Shown here: piece after piece, positions 45,637 through 58,636 of the stretch | Position numbering within the stretch: the first letter of the stretch is position 1 | Layout: every line of letters starts with the position of its first letter | DNA from: Octopus vulgaris | Taxonomy: Eukaryota | NCBI GenBank assembly: GCA_951406725.2 | Contig: OX597831.1 | Coordinates: forward strand, 11,036,001-11,100,000 | Reading direction: 5' to 3' | DNA length: 64,000 bases | Position numbers and translations under genes: made by a program | The notes under the pieces: generated by a model | The model's input: only the letters and a program-made list of their open reading frames with translations | Told to the model about the DNA's origin: nothing | Databases searched by the model: none

Positions 45637-46746
45637 GTGATGAAGAAGAAGAATGAAGAGGTGCACGTGAAAAAGACGAGAAAGGAAAAGAAAGGAGAGA
45701 GAATGAAACAAAAAAGAAAAAGAGAAAAAGAAAGATGATAGATAGAAAACAAGGAAGGAAGATGAGAAGAAAAGAAGATAATGAGAAGAAAAAGAAGATA
45801 AGGAAATGGAGGAAGAAGATGAAATCGAAGAGGCAGTGAAGAAGTTGAAGACCACCAAGTATGTAACAAGTTGGAAGACTTCTTTGTGTTTTTAGAAGAT
45901 GATTGGTTTGTTATTTAGTAAAGAAGGCGCTGATGTAACGCAAGCAAGAAATATTCAGATAAAACAACGCATGAAACATGAGCAGGAAGTCTTTATTAGA
46001 AATTCAACATTTGGGCTGATTTCTATACATCAACTATATATACACACGATGCTGTGCTGTGTCTTCTCCCATCGTTCAAGGTTGAATATGCAGCTGTGAA
46101 AAACAGTTATGAAGAGAGTGAACGCCAACGGGAAATTGGATCAGTCTGAAATTTTGGTCTGTCTATATACTTATTTCTTTATTGCCCACAAGGGGCTAAA
46201 CATAGAGAGGTAACTCTGAGGGTCCGTGCGGCAGATTGGTCACTACACCACGTCAAGAACTGGACACTGTGATAGCCTACACCCACTACTACTACTACTA
46301 TATCCAGACACACAGCACAATGAGTGGGCCTTCACATGGTCGCTCGGCATGCTAGAAATAGCAGCGAAATCTTTAATTTACACTTCACCGATTTGATAAA
46401 AAAAAAGAAGACACTTTACTTATAGAAAAATAAATAATTAAAAGTATAAAAGTTCAAATTATCGAAAGAAAAGAACCATAAATACCTCAGCAAGGATAAA
46501 CAAAGACAAAAATGAAGAGACAAAAGGCAGGGAGTGAAAATTTAAGCAGAAGATGTGTGGGGTGGGAGCAGTAATGGGTTGAACACCCCAGACCAAAAGC
46601 TGTGTTCAGATGCGCCTCGCCAACACGATTGCAAAAGGGTTAGCGCGAGGAATGGCCAGCGACACTCGCTGTAACAGTCAGCTTACCTCGTGGGGCTCAT
46701 TTCTTAGACGGGCCGCAGTTATCCCGACTTTCAGGAGGAACCCTGC

Positions 46747-46784
<38 letters not shown>

Positions 46785-47340
46785 TCTCTGACTCTCTTCT
46801 CCCCTCTTTCTCCCTTACTCTCGTTCACTCTTTCTCTCAATCTCTCTGTCTCTGTCTCTGTTTGTCTCTCTCTGTCTCACTCTATCTCCCTCGCTTTCTC
46901 TCTCTGTCTCTCACACGCTCTCTCTCTCTTTCTCTCTCTTAATCTCTCTAGTTCACTCTTTCTTTTTCGCTTTCTCTCTCTTTCCCAATCTCTCTGTTTC
47001 TGCATGTCTCTCTCTCTCTCTCTCTCTCCATCTGTCTCTCTCTCTCACTTTATCTCTTTCTCTTTCTGTCTCACCCTTCATACACGCTCTCTCTTCCTCT
47101 CTCTCTCTCTCTTAATCTTTCTCGTTCACTCTTTCTCTCTCTCTCTATCACAATCTCTCTGCTCTGCATGTCTCTCTCTATCTCTGTCTCTCTCTACTCA
47201 TCTATCGCTGTCTCTGTTTCTCTCTCACCCTATCTCTCTACCTCCTTATGTCTCTGTCTCTCTCTCTCTCTCTCTATCCATATGTCTGTTTCTCTCTGTC
47301 TGTCTCTCTTTGTCTCTGTCTCTCTGTCTCTCTCTCTCAT

Positions 47341-47377
<37 letters not shown>

Positions 47378-48517
47378 ATGATGTTGAATAAATAACTGAA
47401 TATTTAACAAAACTAACATAATAATCAACAGCAAAAAAGTAGGTGTACACATATGCACACACATATACACATGCAAATACACATACACAAATACACGCAA
47501 ACATACATACATTATAAGAATTTATAATTTGTGAGATATCTTCTCTCTTTTATCTTTTACTCGTTTCAGGCCATACTGGGGCACCGCCTTGAAGAGTTTA
47601 TAGTCGAAGGAATCGGCCCCAGGATTTCTTCTATTTTTTTAAAGCCTAGTACTTATTCTATCTGTCTCATTTTGCCGAACCGTTAAGTTACTTGAAAGCA
47701 GGTAATAACAAATTACCAAAGCTTTGAAGCAAGGCTTTCTCCTGTGCTTCCTTTAGCCTTTATTAAAAACTTACATTTTTATCTACACCACGCAAATAAC
47801 CTTTCTGCTGTAGGTAAAATGCCTTAAATTTGGTGTGGAGATCCGTCCCAGGTGACTACATCGACCCCAGTGTTCGACGGGAACTTATATTATCGACCCT
47901 GAAAGATAAAGTCGACCACAGTGGAATTCGAAGTCAGAACGTAAAGCCGGACGAAATACCACTAAGACTTTTGTTCGACGCACTAACGATTCCGGCAGCA
48001 ATATAAAATGAGTTTAGTAGTCAGAAAAATGAACTCTTATTAAATTTCCATTTACTTCATCACAAATAATTAGACATTTAATTACAATAGATTAATTTCA
48101 AGTGTTTGCAATTAGCCGACAATTGATAATCACCTCTTCATTTCTTTTTCACGGCTCTTTTAAATAAAGTGTTGTATATCCCCAGCTGTTTAATTTAATC
48201 CTCACGACTTCCTTGCTAGAGATCATCTACTTTAATGAAGATCCACGCCTTACATTGAGGTTACGAGAAAGCAATCCGACCGTGGCACTCCACCAACAGG
48301 AGAATGTAAGTACCACATCCTTTGTCGCTGGGACACCAATGGTTGTGCAGAGATTTAGTCAACGTAGTCCATTCTGATCAAAACCTCTCTTACTGGAGCT
48401 CTTCCATGTGGGAAATTGCTGTATCGGAGTCCCTACTGCTTATGTTGACTCCCATATTCATAAAATTATAACTGGACAATGGTGAGAGCAATATATATAT
48501 ACATACATACATACATA

Positions 48518-48738
48518 CGAGCTGGCAGAAACGTTAGCACGCCGGGCGAAATGCGTAGCCGTATTTCGTCTGCCGTTACATTCTAAGTTCAAACTCCGCC
48601 GAGGTCGACTTTGCCTTTCATCCTTTTCGGGTCGATAAATTAAGTACCAGTTACGCACTGGAGTCGATGTAATCGACTTAATCCGTTTGTCTGTCCTTGT
48701 TTGTCCCCTCTGTGTTTAGCCCCTTGTGGGTAGTAAAG

Positions 48739-48742
<4 letters not shown>
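48518..48742 (+). mobile_element. SINE family B (Meta/MESC-like), well preserved
   Basis: GAGGTCGACTTTGCCTTTCATCCTTTTCGGGTCGATAAATTAAGTACCAG central domain; tail TAGCCCCTTGTGGGTAGTAAAGAAATA. Confidence 0.9.
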
Positions 48743-48792
<50 letters not shown>

Positions 48793-48794
<2 letters not shown>

Positions 48795-48974
48795 GAGAGT
48801 TTATGAAAAAAACAAAAGACGAAGACAGGTGGTGTAGAAAACTAACAGATATATTAGCATAACGCTCGGGAATTGAAAACGTCTTTTACGTTTCGAGCCT
48901 ACGCTCTTCCACAGAAAGGAACACAGAAAGAAACAGAAACAAGGAGAGAGAAAAATGTGTGTAGTAGCTACCGG
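48793..48974 (-). mobile_element. Family H1 copy
   Basis: Minus strand of 48883-48918: CTTT-CTGTGGA-A-GAGC-gtag-GCTC-GAAA-CG-TA-AAAG. Confidence 0.72.
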
Positions 48975-49154
48975 TATGTATGTATGTATGTATGTATGTA
49001 TGTATGTATGTATGTATGTATGTATGTATGTATGTATGTATGTATGTATGTATGTATGTATGCGTGCGTGCATGTATGTATGCATGTATGTATGTATGTA
49101 TGTGTGTGTGTGTATGTATGTATGTATGTATGTATGTATGTATGTATGTATGTA

Positions 49155-49505
49155 TAATCAAAAAAGAAACTGAAAATTATTTAAGGATGATCTCTGGCTT
49201 ATCACCCATGCAGGAACTGCAAAAGATTGTCTTAACTGGTACGCCACACATATTGAGAAGAGCATTGTTGCTGTGAATTTTCTTTCCTCCACACCTTTAT
49301 TTTTTTTAATTTTCTATTTCTATTTTTTTCCTTGTTCTTTCTGTCTTCCCCCTTTTCTGTATCACATGACTCTGTAAATGAACAATCTGGTGTACTTGTT
49401 TAACGGCCTACCAATGTATACAGTACGTTTTTCTGCCCTAGGTATCAGGAAGACACTCGGCAAGAAATGGAAACAGAATTGACAGAAGATGCTAATGAAA
49501 ATGAT
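49155..49505 (+). mobile_element. R4/Dong-clade LINE 3' end (copy 1)
   Basis: IIKKETENYLRMISG...ELQKIVLTGTPHILRRAL* followed by a 3' UTR ending at (TAA)n. Confidence 0.8.
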
Positions 49506-49514
49506 AATAATAAT

Positions 49515-50184
49515 GACCCTAAATGCAGATTCTGCGATACATTTGATGAAACAATAGACCATCTCGTCTCAGGATGTCCTGTGATGATACCAAACGAATG
49601 TAAAAATCTCCACGATAGGGTTGGACAGTATTTACATTGGAAAATATGTAAACACTACAAAATCAGCACTCTTGCTTACTGGTATGAACATCATCTTGAG
49701 CTAGTCGTTGGAAGTAGAAATGTCATTATCCTCTGGGATTTTCAAGTCAACACCAACAGAAAGATTCAGGCTAATCGACCAGACATAGTCATTAAATACT
49801 TGTAGACTAATAGATGTAAGTGTTACCACTGATCAAGGACTTTGATAAATTAAGTAAATATAAGGACCTGGAAATTGAAATACAAAAGATGTGGTATCTT
49901 AAAATGAGAACTTTTCCTGTTATTGTGGGTACCCTAGGTAGCTTAAGAAAGGGATGTGAAAAACATCTAGATAATATCCCAGGAGAACCATGTCTCAGAG
50001 AAATCCACATCCTTTGAGGAACCCTATCAATTTAAATGTCTGTGTTGTATTACATGAAGATATTTCGCTACTGCCCCAGCCACTTCATCTCCCCAAGCTT
50101 TCAGTCATACTATAACATCTTATCCTTCGCTTGCCCTAGGAAGCTTGGTGTGTCTCGGCAAGTGGTTGTAACAAACGTGCAGAT
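49515..50184 (+). mobile_element. R4/Dong-clade LINE 3' fragment (copy 2): CCHC knuckle plus restriction-like endonuclease
   Basis: KCRFCDTFDETIDHLVSGC, HDRVGQYLHW, ILWDFQV, NRPDIVI and KLSKYKDLEIEIQKMW; TAA-type repeats on both sides. Confidence 0.9.
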
Positions 50185-50205
50185 TAATAGTAAATAATTA
50201 TAATT

Positions 50206-50410
50206 ATTATTTCAAATTTTTGGCACAAGAGAGAGGTGGCGATGAGTCGATAGCATCGACTCCAGTGTTCATCTGGTACTTATTTTATCGACCCCGAAAG
50301 GATGAAATGTAAAGTCGACCTCGGCGGAATTTGAACTCAGAACGTAGCGACGGGCGAAATACCGCTAAGCATTTCGTCCGGTGCGCTAATGATTGCGCCA
50401 GGCCACCGCC
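50206..50410 (-). mobile_element. SINE family B
   Basis: Reverse complement aligns with the 8717 and 48518 copies. Confidence 0.88.
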
Positions 50411-50651
50411 TTTATAATAATAATAATAATAATAATAGTAATAATAATGTTATTGGTGTTTTGGTGTTTATGTTTAAGCTTTGTATTTTGTCAACAGTTA
50501 GCATTGTGAGGTTGTAATTGAATCAGTTAAAATTAAAACCGCCATTCTATCGTGCTAAAACTTAATCTGACATTCACACTCCGTGCCTACAGTTGTTAGG
50601 CACAGAGTGGCTATTAGTCTTTCAATTTGAGATAGATTAATAGATAGATAA

Positions 50652-50697
<46 letters not shown>

Positions 50698-50818
50698 ATG
50701 GATAGATAGATAGACAGATAGATAAATAGATAGATAGATACATACATAGATATAGTAATATAGATAGACAGATATAGATAGACAGACAGATAGACTGATA
50801 GACAGATAGCTAGCTTGC

Positions 50819-50894
<76 letters not shown>

Positions 50895-50966
50895 GATAGA
50901 AAGATAGATAGACAGATAGACAATTAGACAGAGAGACTGGTTGATATATATATCTAGATATATAGG

Positions 50967-51025
<59 letters not shown>

Positions 51026-52652
51026 GCAGGCTGGTAGGTAGGCAGGCAGGCAGATAGGTTGGTAGGTAGGTAGGTAGGCTGGTAGGTAGGTAGGTAGGTA
51101 GGTAGGTAGGTAGGTAGGTAGGTAGGTAGGTAGGTAGGCAGGTAGGCGGGCAGGCAGGCATATAAGTAGATGGAGAGATAGATTAGTTGACCGATACAGA
51201 TTTCTCATGGAAGCAATCGTCTTGTAATGTAAACTCTCCGTTCTTTATTCATTTATCGTGTGTGTGTGTGTGTGTGAGTGCGTGTGCGTGCATGGAACAC
51301 TGCCTGGAAACTGATGCGATGGTCAAGCTTAAAAAGGACTTTGGTGATAAATTTGCACTATCAAGCTCAACCAGGAACTATAACAGCTGCATCAACAACA
51401 ATTGAGCCAAGAAGATTCTAACCGGTGGTCATGGTCAGTGAAATAAATGGCAGCCAAATGTCCATTTCATATTCTACCGCCTTTGGAAAAAGGGGGGGGG
51501 GAACAAAGCAAATGCAGGATGCGTCTCAAATTGAAAAAGTACCGAAGTCTTTTGGGTTGGGTATCTTTGGTTTTATTCTTCTGACTTTACCAGGAATTAA
51601 CAGCGACAACAACAACAACAACAACAACAACTGTAAAGCGTTTCCAGACACCTAGAAGAAGAAGAAGAAGAAGAAGAAGAAGAAGAAGAAGAAGAAGAAG
51701 AAGAAAAATAAGAAAAATAAGTAAAATAAGAAAACGAGGAAGGAGATGGAGGAAGAAGAAGAAGAAGAAGAAGAAGAAGAAAAAGAAAAAGAAGAAAACT
51801 AGGAAGGAGAAGGAGGAAGAAGAAGAAGAAGAAGAAGAAAAAGAAGATGAAGAAGAAGAAGAAAAACGAGGAAGGAGAAGGAGGAAGAAGAAGAGGAAGA
51901 AGAAGAAGAGGAAGAAAAAGAAGAAGAAAAAGAAGAAAACGAGGAAGGCGAAGGAGGAAGAAGAAGAAGGAAGAAGGAAGAAGAAGAAGGAGGAGGGGTT
52001 ATGAAGGTTTGGAATTGTACTATTGGGTGTCATCTTTAAAATACACAAATAAGTGTGTGTTTTTATGTGTGTGTGTGAGAGAGAGAATGCGCGCCAGCGC
52101 ATGTGTGTCTATGTGTGTGAGTGCGTATTAGTATGTGTGTACGTGTGAGCTTTTGCCTTTCTGTAAGGCTGAACGAGTGTCAATGACAAAATGTACGAAA
52201 AGTCGTGTGGTGCGCATGCGCAGTGCTAAAATATTTACGGTCATTAGTGAACATTTCCTAGTTGGTTATTCCGTTGCTAATTGGAGCAATTGACAAATTA
52301 ACACACTCCAATTAACTTTAAAATAGACGCACACATGCACTCCCCCCCACCACACACACACAGATATAGACACACACACACACACAAAACATATTCACAT
52401 ATTTTGAAGAATGTCCCCCCCCATCACTTTGTTTACTTTCACTTTCATAATCACTCGCTTAATAGAATTGTCGCTCTCTCTTTTTCACTCACTCACTCTC
52501 ATCTCTATCTCCCACTTTCTCTCTCTCTCTCCCTCTCTCTTCTCGCCCTTTCTTTCTCCTACATATTCAGGAAAAATGTCTGTCTTTCATTTTTCTACAC
52601 ATACCGCAGCATTTGCATTCTTTCTTTCTGTCTTTCTTCCCTTTTTTCTTTG

Positions 52653-52690
<38 letters not shown>

Positions 52691-52746
52691 TTTTATCTTT
52701 ATCTTTCTTTCTTCCTGTCTTTCTTTCTGTCTTTCTTTCCTTCTTC

Positions 52747-52784
<38 letters not shown>

Positions 52785-52821
52785 GTCTTTCTTTCTTTCT
52801 TTCTGTCTTTCTTTCTTTCGT

Positions 52822-52856
<35 letters not shown>

Positions 52857-52915
52857 GTCTCTTTCTTTCTTTCTGTCTCTTTCTTTCTTTCTGTCTCTTT
52901 CTGTCTGTTTTTCTC

Positions 52916-52951
<36 letters not shown>

Positions 52952-53241
52952 TTGTCCTTTCTTTCTTTCTTTCTGTCTGTCTGTCTTTCTTTCTTTCTTT
53001 TTTTCTTTTGTCCTTTCTGTCTTTCTTTCTATCTTTCTTTCTCTCTCTGTCTTTCTTTCTTTTACCTTTCACTCATTCTTCTTGTCTCTCTCACACACAC
53101 ACACACACACACTACAAGCAGAAAAGCCTCTCTCTTTCGGCCGTTCGACTTCTTTCTCCGTTCTTTCACTCTCACAAATATTCACGTTTCTTTTAAATAA
53201 ATATGCGTACGAGACTGTTTCTTTTTCACTCACATAATCAC

Positions 53242-53284
<43 letters not shown>

Positions 53285-53346
53285 GCGACATATAATTAGT
53301 AAACCCCTCTCTCAGCTTACACACACATACACACCCATTTATATAT

Positions 53347-53832
53347 ATTCTTTTATTCTTTTGCCTGTTTCAGTCATTTGACTGCGGTCATGTTGGAGCA
53401 CCATCTTTAGACGAACAGATCGATCCAAGGACTTATTCTTTGTAAGCCTAGTACGTAATCTATCGGCCTTTTTTATTACCGAATCGCTGTTACGGGGCCG
53501 CAAACAAACCAACATCGGTTGTCAAGTAACGGTGGCAGGATAAAAGAGACACACATACACACATGCAAACACGCATTGAGTCGAAACAGGGGCAGCTGAT
53601 GAAGGGGAATATTCCTTGTATTGTTTGTCTTGTACTCTGTTTTTTTTTTCGTTGTTAAAAAAAGTCCGTTTCCTTGTTTGATTTTATGTTTTCGTTTCTC
53701 GTTGTGTTCTACGTTTATTTGTGGTGTCCTGTACTCATATATATATATATATATATGCATGTATATATACATATAGATGTAGGTATGTATATATATGTAT
53801 GTATGTATGCATATGTTTTATTTATTGATTGT

Positions 53833-53866
<34 letters not shown>

Positions 53867-54020
53867 GACAGGCTTCTTTCAGTTTCCGTCTGCCAAATCC
53901 ACTCACAAGGCCTTGATCGGCCCGAAACTATACTTGAAGGCACTTGCTCAAGGTACCACGCAGTTGGACTGAACTCGGAACCATGTGGTTGGGAAGCGAG
54001 CTTCTTACCACACAGCCACT
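53347..54020 (-). mobile_element. SINE family A with a foreign ~160 bp insert in its internal microsatellite
   Basis: Tail 53347-53545 and head 53865-54020 are separated by the insert 53575-53737 and (TA)n. Confidence 0.85.
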
Positions 54021-54021
54021 A

Positions 54022-54072
<51 letters not shown>

Positions 54073-54094
54073 CATATATATAGATATATATATA

Positions 54095-54146
<52 letters not shown>

Positions 54147-54161
54147 TATACATATATATAC

Positions 54162-54240
<79 letters not shown>

Positions 54241-54242
54241 TA

Positions 54243-54295
<53 letters not shown>

Positions 54296-54402
54296 TATGT
54301 GGTGGTTTAATAAAGTATGTGATAGAGTATTATTTGGTAATTGATATTTGATTTAGATGTATTTCTCCATTTTCTTATCTTATATACATATATATATATA
54401 CA

Positions 54403-54466
<64 letters not shown>

Positions 54467-54570
54467 CATATATATATCCATACATATATATATATACATA
54501 CATATATATATATATTTATATATATCATACATATATATATATATATAACACATACATACATACATACATA

Positions 54571-54638
<68 letters not shown>

Positions 54639-55153
54639 AATACATATACGTATGCATGTATACATACACTACTTGAATAATATCTTTGTAATTTTGCTTT
54701 GTCACATTTGGTTTTCTCGTTGATAAATTGTCCTTAATTACATCCCTTGTCTGTCTGTCCCCTTGTCTGTCTGACTGGCTCTCTCTTCCTGTTTCTCCTC
54801 CTCTCCCTTTTTCACACCAACTTTCTCTTTAATTTTTTAATTAGTTCATATTTTCTTTGCCCACCTGCTCTCTTATTCAACGTATGTATGCATACAAACA
54901 CACACGCACGTACACACACTCACACACATATACATATATATGAGTGAATGTGTGCGTGTGTGTGTGTATGTGTGTGTTTGTGTGTGCAAGTATGAATGTA
55001 TGCAGGTTATGTATGCATGTTATGTATATGTGTATGTATGTATGTATTTCTAAGTGTGTCTTATATATTCGTCGCTAGATCTTCCATTCCTGTTAATTTT
55101 TTTAGTAGATTTGCATTTTCTCACTCTCTCCCTCACTCTCACTCTGTCTCTCT

Positions 55154-55193
<40 letters not shown>

Positions 55194-55595
55194 ACTATAA
55201 TCCTAATCTATAACTATTCAAATTTATTCGGTTTCATTTGCCATAATCCTTACCACTTTCTTCTCTTTTCTTAGTTTTCCTCCTACAAAATGGCCTCCTT
55301 CAATGAGAAAGCTACTCTCTTTTAAAGGGCAACGATATAGTTTTATTTTTGCGGCTGGCTTAAAAAAATGCATAGCGGGCAAAAACCTTTAATTACTTGT
55401 CTGTAGGAGTGAGGCTGATTCTATCATCATCATCATCATCATCATCAAAAACAACAACAACAGCAGCAACTCGATGCGTTTATTATGCAATAGTGATTAC
55501 TGACAAAAACCCACCCAACAAAAATATATGAACGATAGAAAGAAAAAAGAAAAAAATTAAGAAAAAAAGAAAACAGTAAAAAACGAAATATAAAA

Positions 55596-55761
55596 GGAAT
55601 ACATTATTTACATTATTTACATTTGACGGATATTTGTCCTCATCTTGTTGTTAACACAATGTTTCGGCTGATATACTCTCCAGCCTTCATCAGGTACCTA
55701 GGGGAAATTTCGAACCTGGGTTCTTATTCCTAAGGTGTTTTTCGATGTTGTTGTTGTTGTT

Positions 55762-55840
<79 letters not shown>

Positions 55841-55927
55841 ATATTATTATTCAGGTCACTGCCTGGAATCGAACTCGGAATCTTGGGCTTAGTGGGTCCG
55901 CGCTCTTAACCACTACGCCATATGTCT
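55596..55927 (-). mobile_element. Second copy of the tRNA-headed hammerhead element
   Basis: Minus strand: tRNA-like head (TGGCGTAGTGG; GAGTTCGATTCC), expanded (AAT/ACT/AAC)n linker, then GTAC-CTGATGA-A-GGCTG-gagagtatat-CAGCC-GAAA-CA-TT-GTGTT at 55653-55697. Confidence 0.85.
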
Positions 55928-56908
55928 GGTGATATCTTGCTTACATAGCCATGTAATATGTGATTGTCCGTTAGTGGTAATACATCGTAACGTAAAGTTT
56001 CATGCTTAGCATTTGTCAGGATGTTGTGTTCCTCTTGATCAGATCATTGGCTCAGTTTCGTGACCGGGTGGCACGTTCCTTGAACCTATTCAGCTCAGTA
56101 TGAATACCAGCCGAATGCTGATGCTGCTGCTGTTAGCTTCTCGCTGTAGTTGGAACATTAATGATGTTTACAGCTGACGGGGAGACCAAGGAAAAAATGA
56201 TCCGAGATTTTGTCATCGTTCACTCACGACTGTATTGGACCCTAAAACGATTAGACAAACCTCGGAAGATCACAATAGGCAACATCCCCGAAAGAAAAAA
56301 ACAACATGTGGGAATGGCTATGATTGGAACAAGCTTCAAACATATTTATGGGATTATTTCATCGGAGTTTAGTTTAGTCAATGCAACGACAGCACCGCAA
56401 CAGTAATAACAAGTCTAAATCCAGTTGAGTCATAGGAAACGGTAGGGCGTCCATCAAAATGCTTCAGTGGCTGTTTACGAGAGAGAACGAACGAATGGGG
56501 CTGCCTCTGATTGGTTGCTCACCTTGCTAGAAATAGGTCTCAAATCTGCCACAAATTATAACCAGACATTTTGCTTTTTTAACATTGAGGAATTTATTGA
56601 CTAATATAAGTCTAACGTTCGAATAAACAAGGCTAGTGTGTGTGTGTGTGTGTGTGTGGTTTTGAGGAAGAAATAAGATGAAGAGACGGGATGGTTGCAA
56701 CTGATCTGCCTTTCACCGTCGATCGGCAAGATCAGGACTGATCGACGACATACCTGGTCGTCAACAACAACAGCAACAACAACAACAACAATGCAAAAGC
56801 AACAAGAAAACCAATGGATTGTTTAAATGCGAATATTTATCGATCTATCTGTGTGTGTGTGTGTCTAAGTATGTACGCGATGTGCTTGCATTTATGAAAA
56901 ATGTGTTC

Positions 56909-56987
<79 letters not shown>

Positions 56988-57266
56988 TATGCGTGTGTGT
57001 GTGAGTGTGTATAGATATATACAAATATATATATATGTATGTATGCATGTATGTATGTATATATGTATATATATATATATATATATATGTGTGTATATAT
57101 TTATACACACACACACGCATATATATATATAAGATTAATCAGCCGAAATTGCGAAGATGATCCGGTTCTTGACTGAAGATTGAAGGCTTCGAATGTCCCG
57201 TCCGTGTTTTTTGTATCGTCTTCTAAATGTTTCACGTTCTTGTCCCAGTTTGTATTTTTTACATTT

Positions 57267-57336
<70 letters not shown>

Positions 57337-57386
57337 TATGTATATATATATATATATATATAATATATATAAATATATATATATAT

Positions 57387-57437
<51 letters not shown>

Positions 57438-57466
57438 TATATAAGATATATATATATATATATATA

Positions 57467-57618
57467 CAGGAACTTAGTTTGATTTGAAAACCCCACTAGA
57501 ATGGGAGAAAGTGCTAATACATGATCTAATTTATATGATATATATAAAAAATGTAATATACAAATAAATATCTGTAAATATAAACCATCCGATTTTCTGA
57601 GTACCTTATTTCTTCTAA
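57467..57618 (+). mobile_element. Family H2 copy
   Basis: 57481-57518: GAT-TTGAAAA-CCCCA-ctagaa-TGGGA-GAAA-GTGC-TA-AT; flanked by (TA)n. Confidence 0.65.
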
Positions 57619-58335
57619 TATATATAAATACATATATACATATATACATATATATAAGTTCACAATATATGTGTTAGTGCACGTTGTGTGCGTGTGTATA
57701 TTTTAAGTGTGAGCCTATTCACATCTAATAATACACACACACACACACACACACACACTTGGCGACGCATAATACAGACAGCGAAGAAAAGAGAACGCGC
57801 GCCGGAGCAGCCAGCGCTAAGTGCGAACCCAAGCACCTAAACAAATGCCACCTTCCTCAGTACACGCCCTCTTTTTGCGAATACAGCCTTTTCTCTGCCG
57901 GATACACCCTACGGGATCTTATCTATCCTACCCTATTGTCTTGCTTAAACACCTCTGCCGTCTTTCAAAGGTCTTGTGTCACTCTCCTAATTGCTCTTAC
58001 TGCTATCACGCCGTTGCCAGCTTAATATCCGACATAATCCGTTCTTCGCTCGTTCATCGGAAAAACGCCTACCTGCCAGCCGCCATCAAGGCTGATAGCC
58101 CCGGTAAAGTTGAACGAAACGTTGACTCTCGCTGTCTTGTTTATTATGGAAGTGGAAAAGTGTCGTTTCTATTAGATTAACGCCCGTCAAGTAAGCGAGA
58201 CACAGGAGCAGGTTCGTTTGTTTGAACTCGTGTGCTCTGCTTGTATTATTGTACCTCTGCCCTCCCACCTCACTGAAGTGTGAATATATGGCCATGTACG
58301 CGTGTATAAGTATGAACACGATTATTAATAAGTGT

Positions 58336-58369
<34 letters not shown>

Positions 58370-58387
58370 ACGCATCTACATATATGC

Positions 58388-58427
<40 letters not shown>

Positions 58428-58471
58428 TATAAAGAGTGGATATATATATATATGTGCCTAACATACGTATG

Positions 58472-58546
<75 letters not shown>

Positions 58547-58636
58547 TTATATTTATATATACATGGAAATAAAAGTTAAGGTAGAAAATGCTAGAATAAT
58601 TTTATAAAAAATATTTCAGTACCGGTTTCAGTCATT

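Noticed and set aside
52587-53072. Lys/Arg/Glu-rich ORF
   Set aside because: Translation of a (GAAA)n/(CTTT)n tract.
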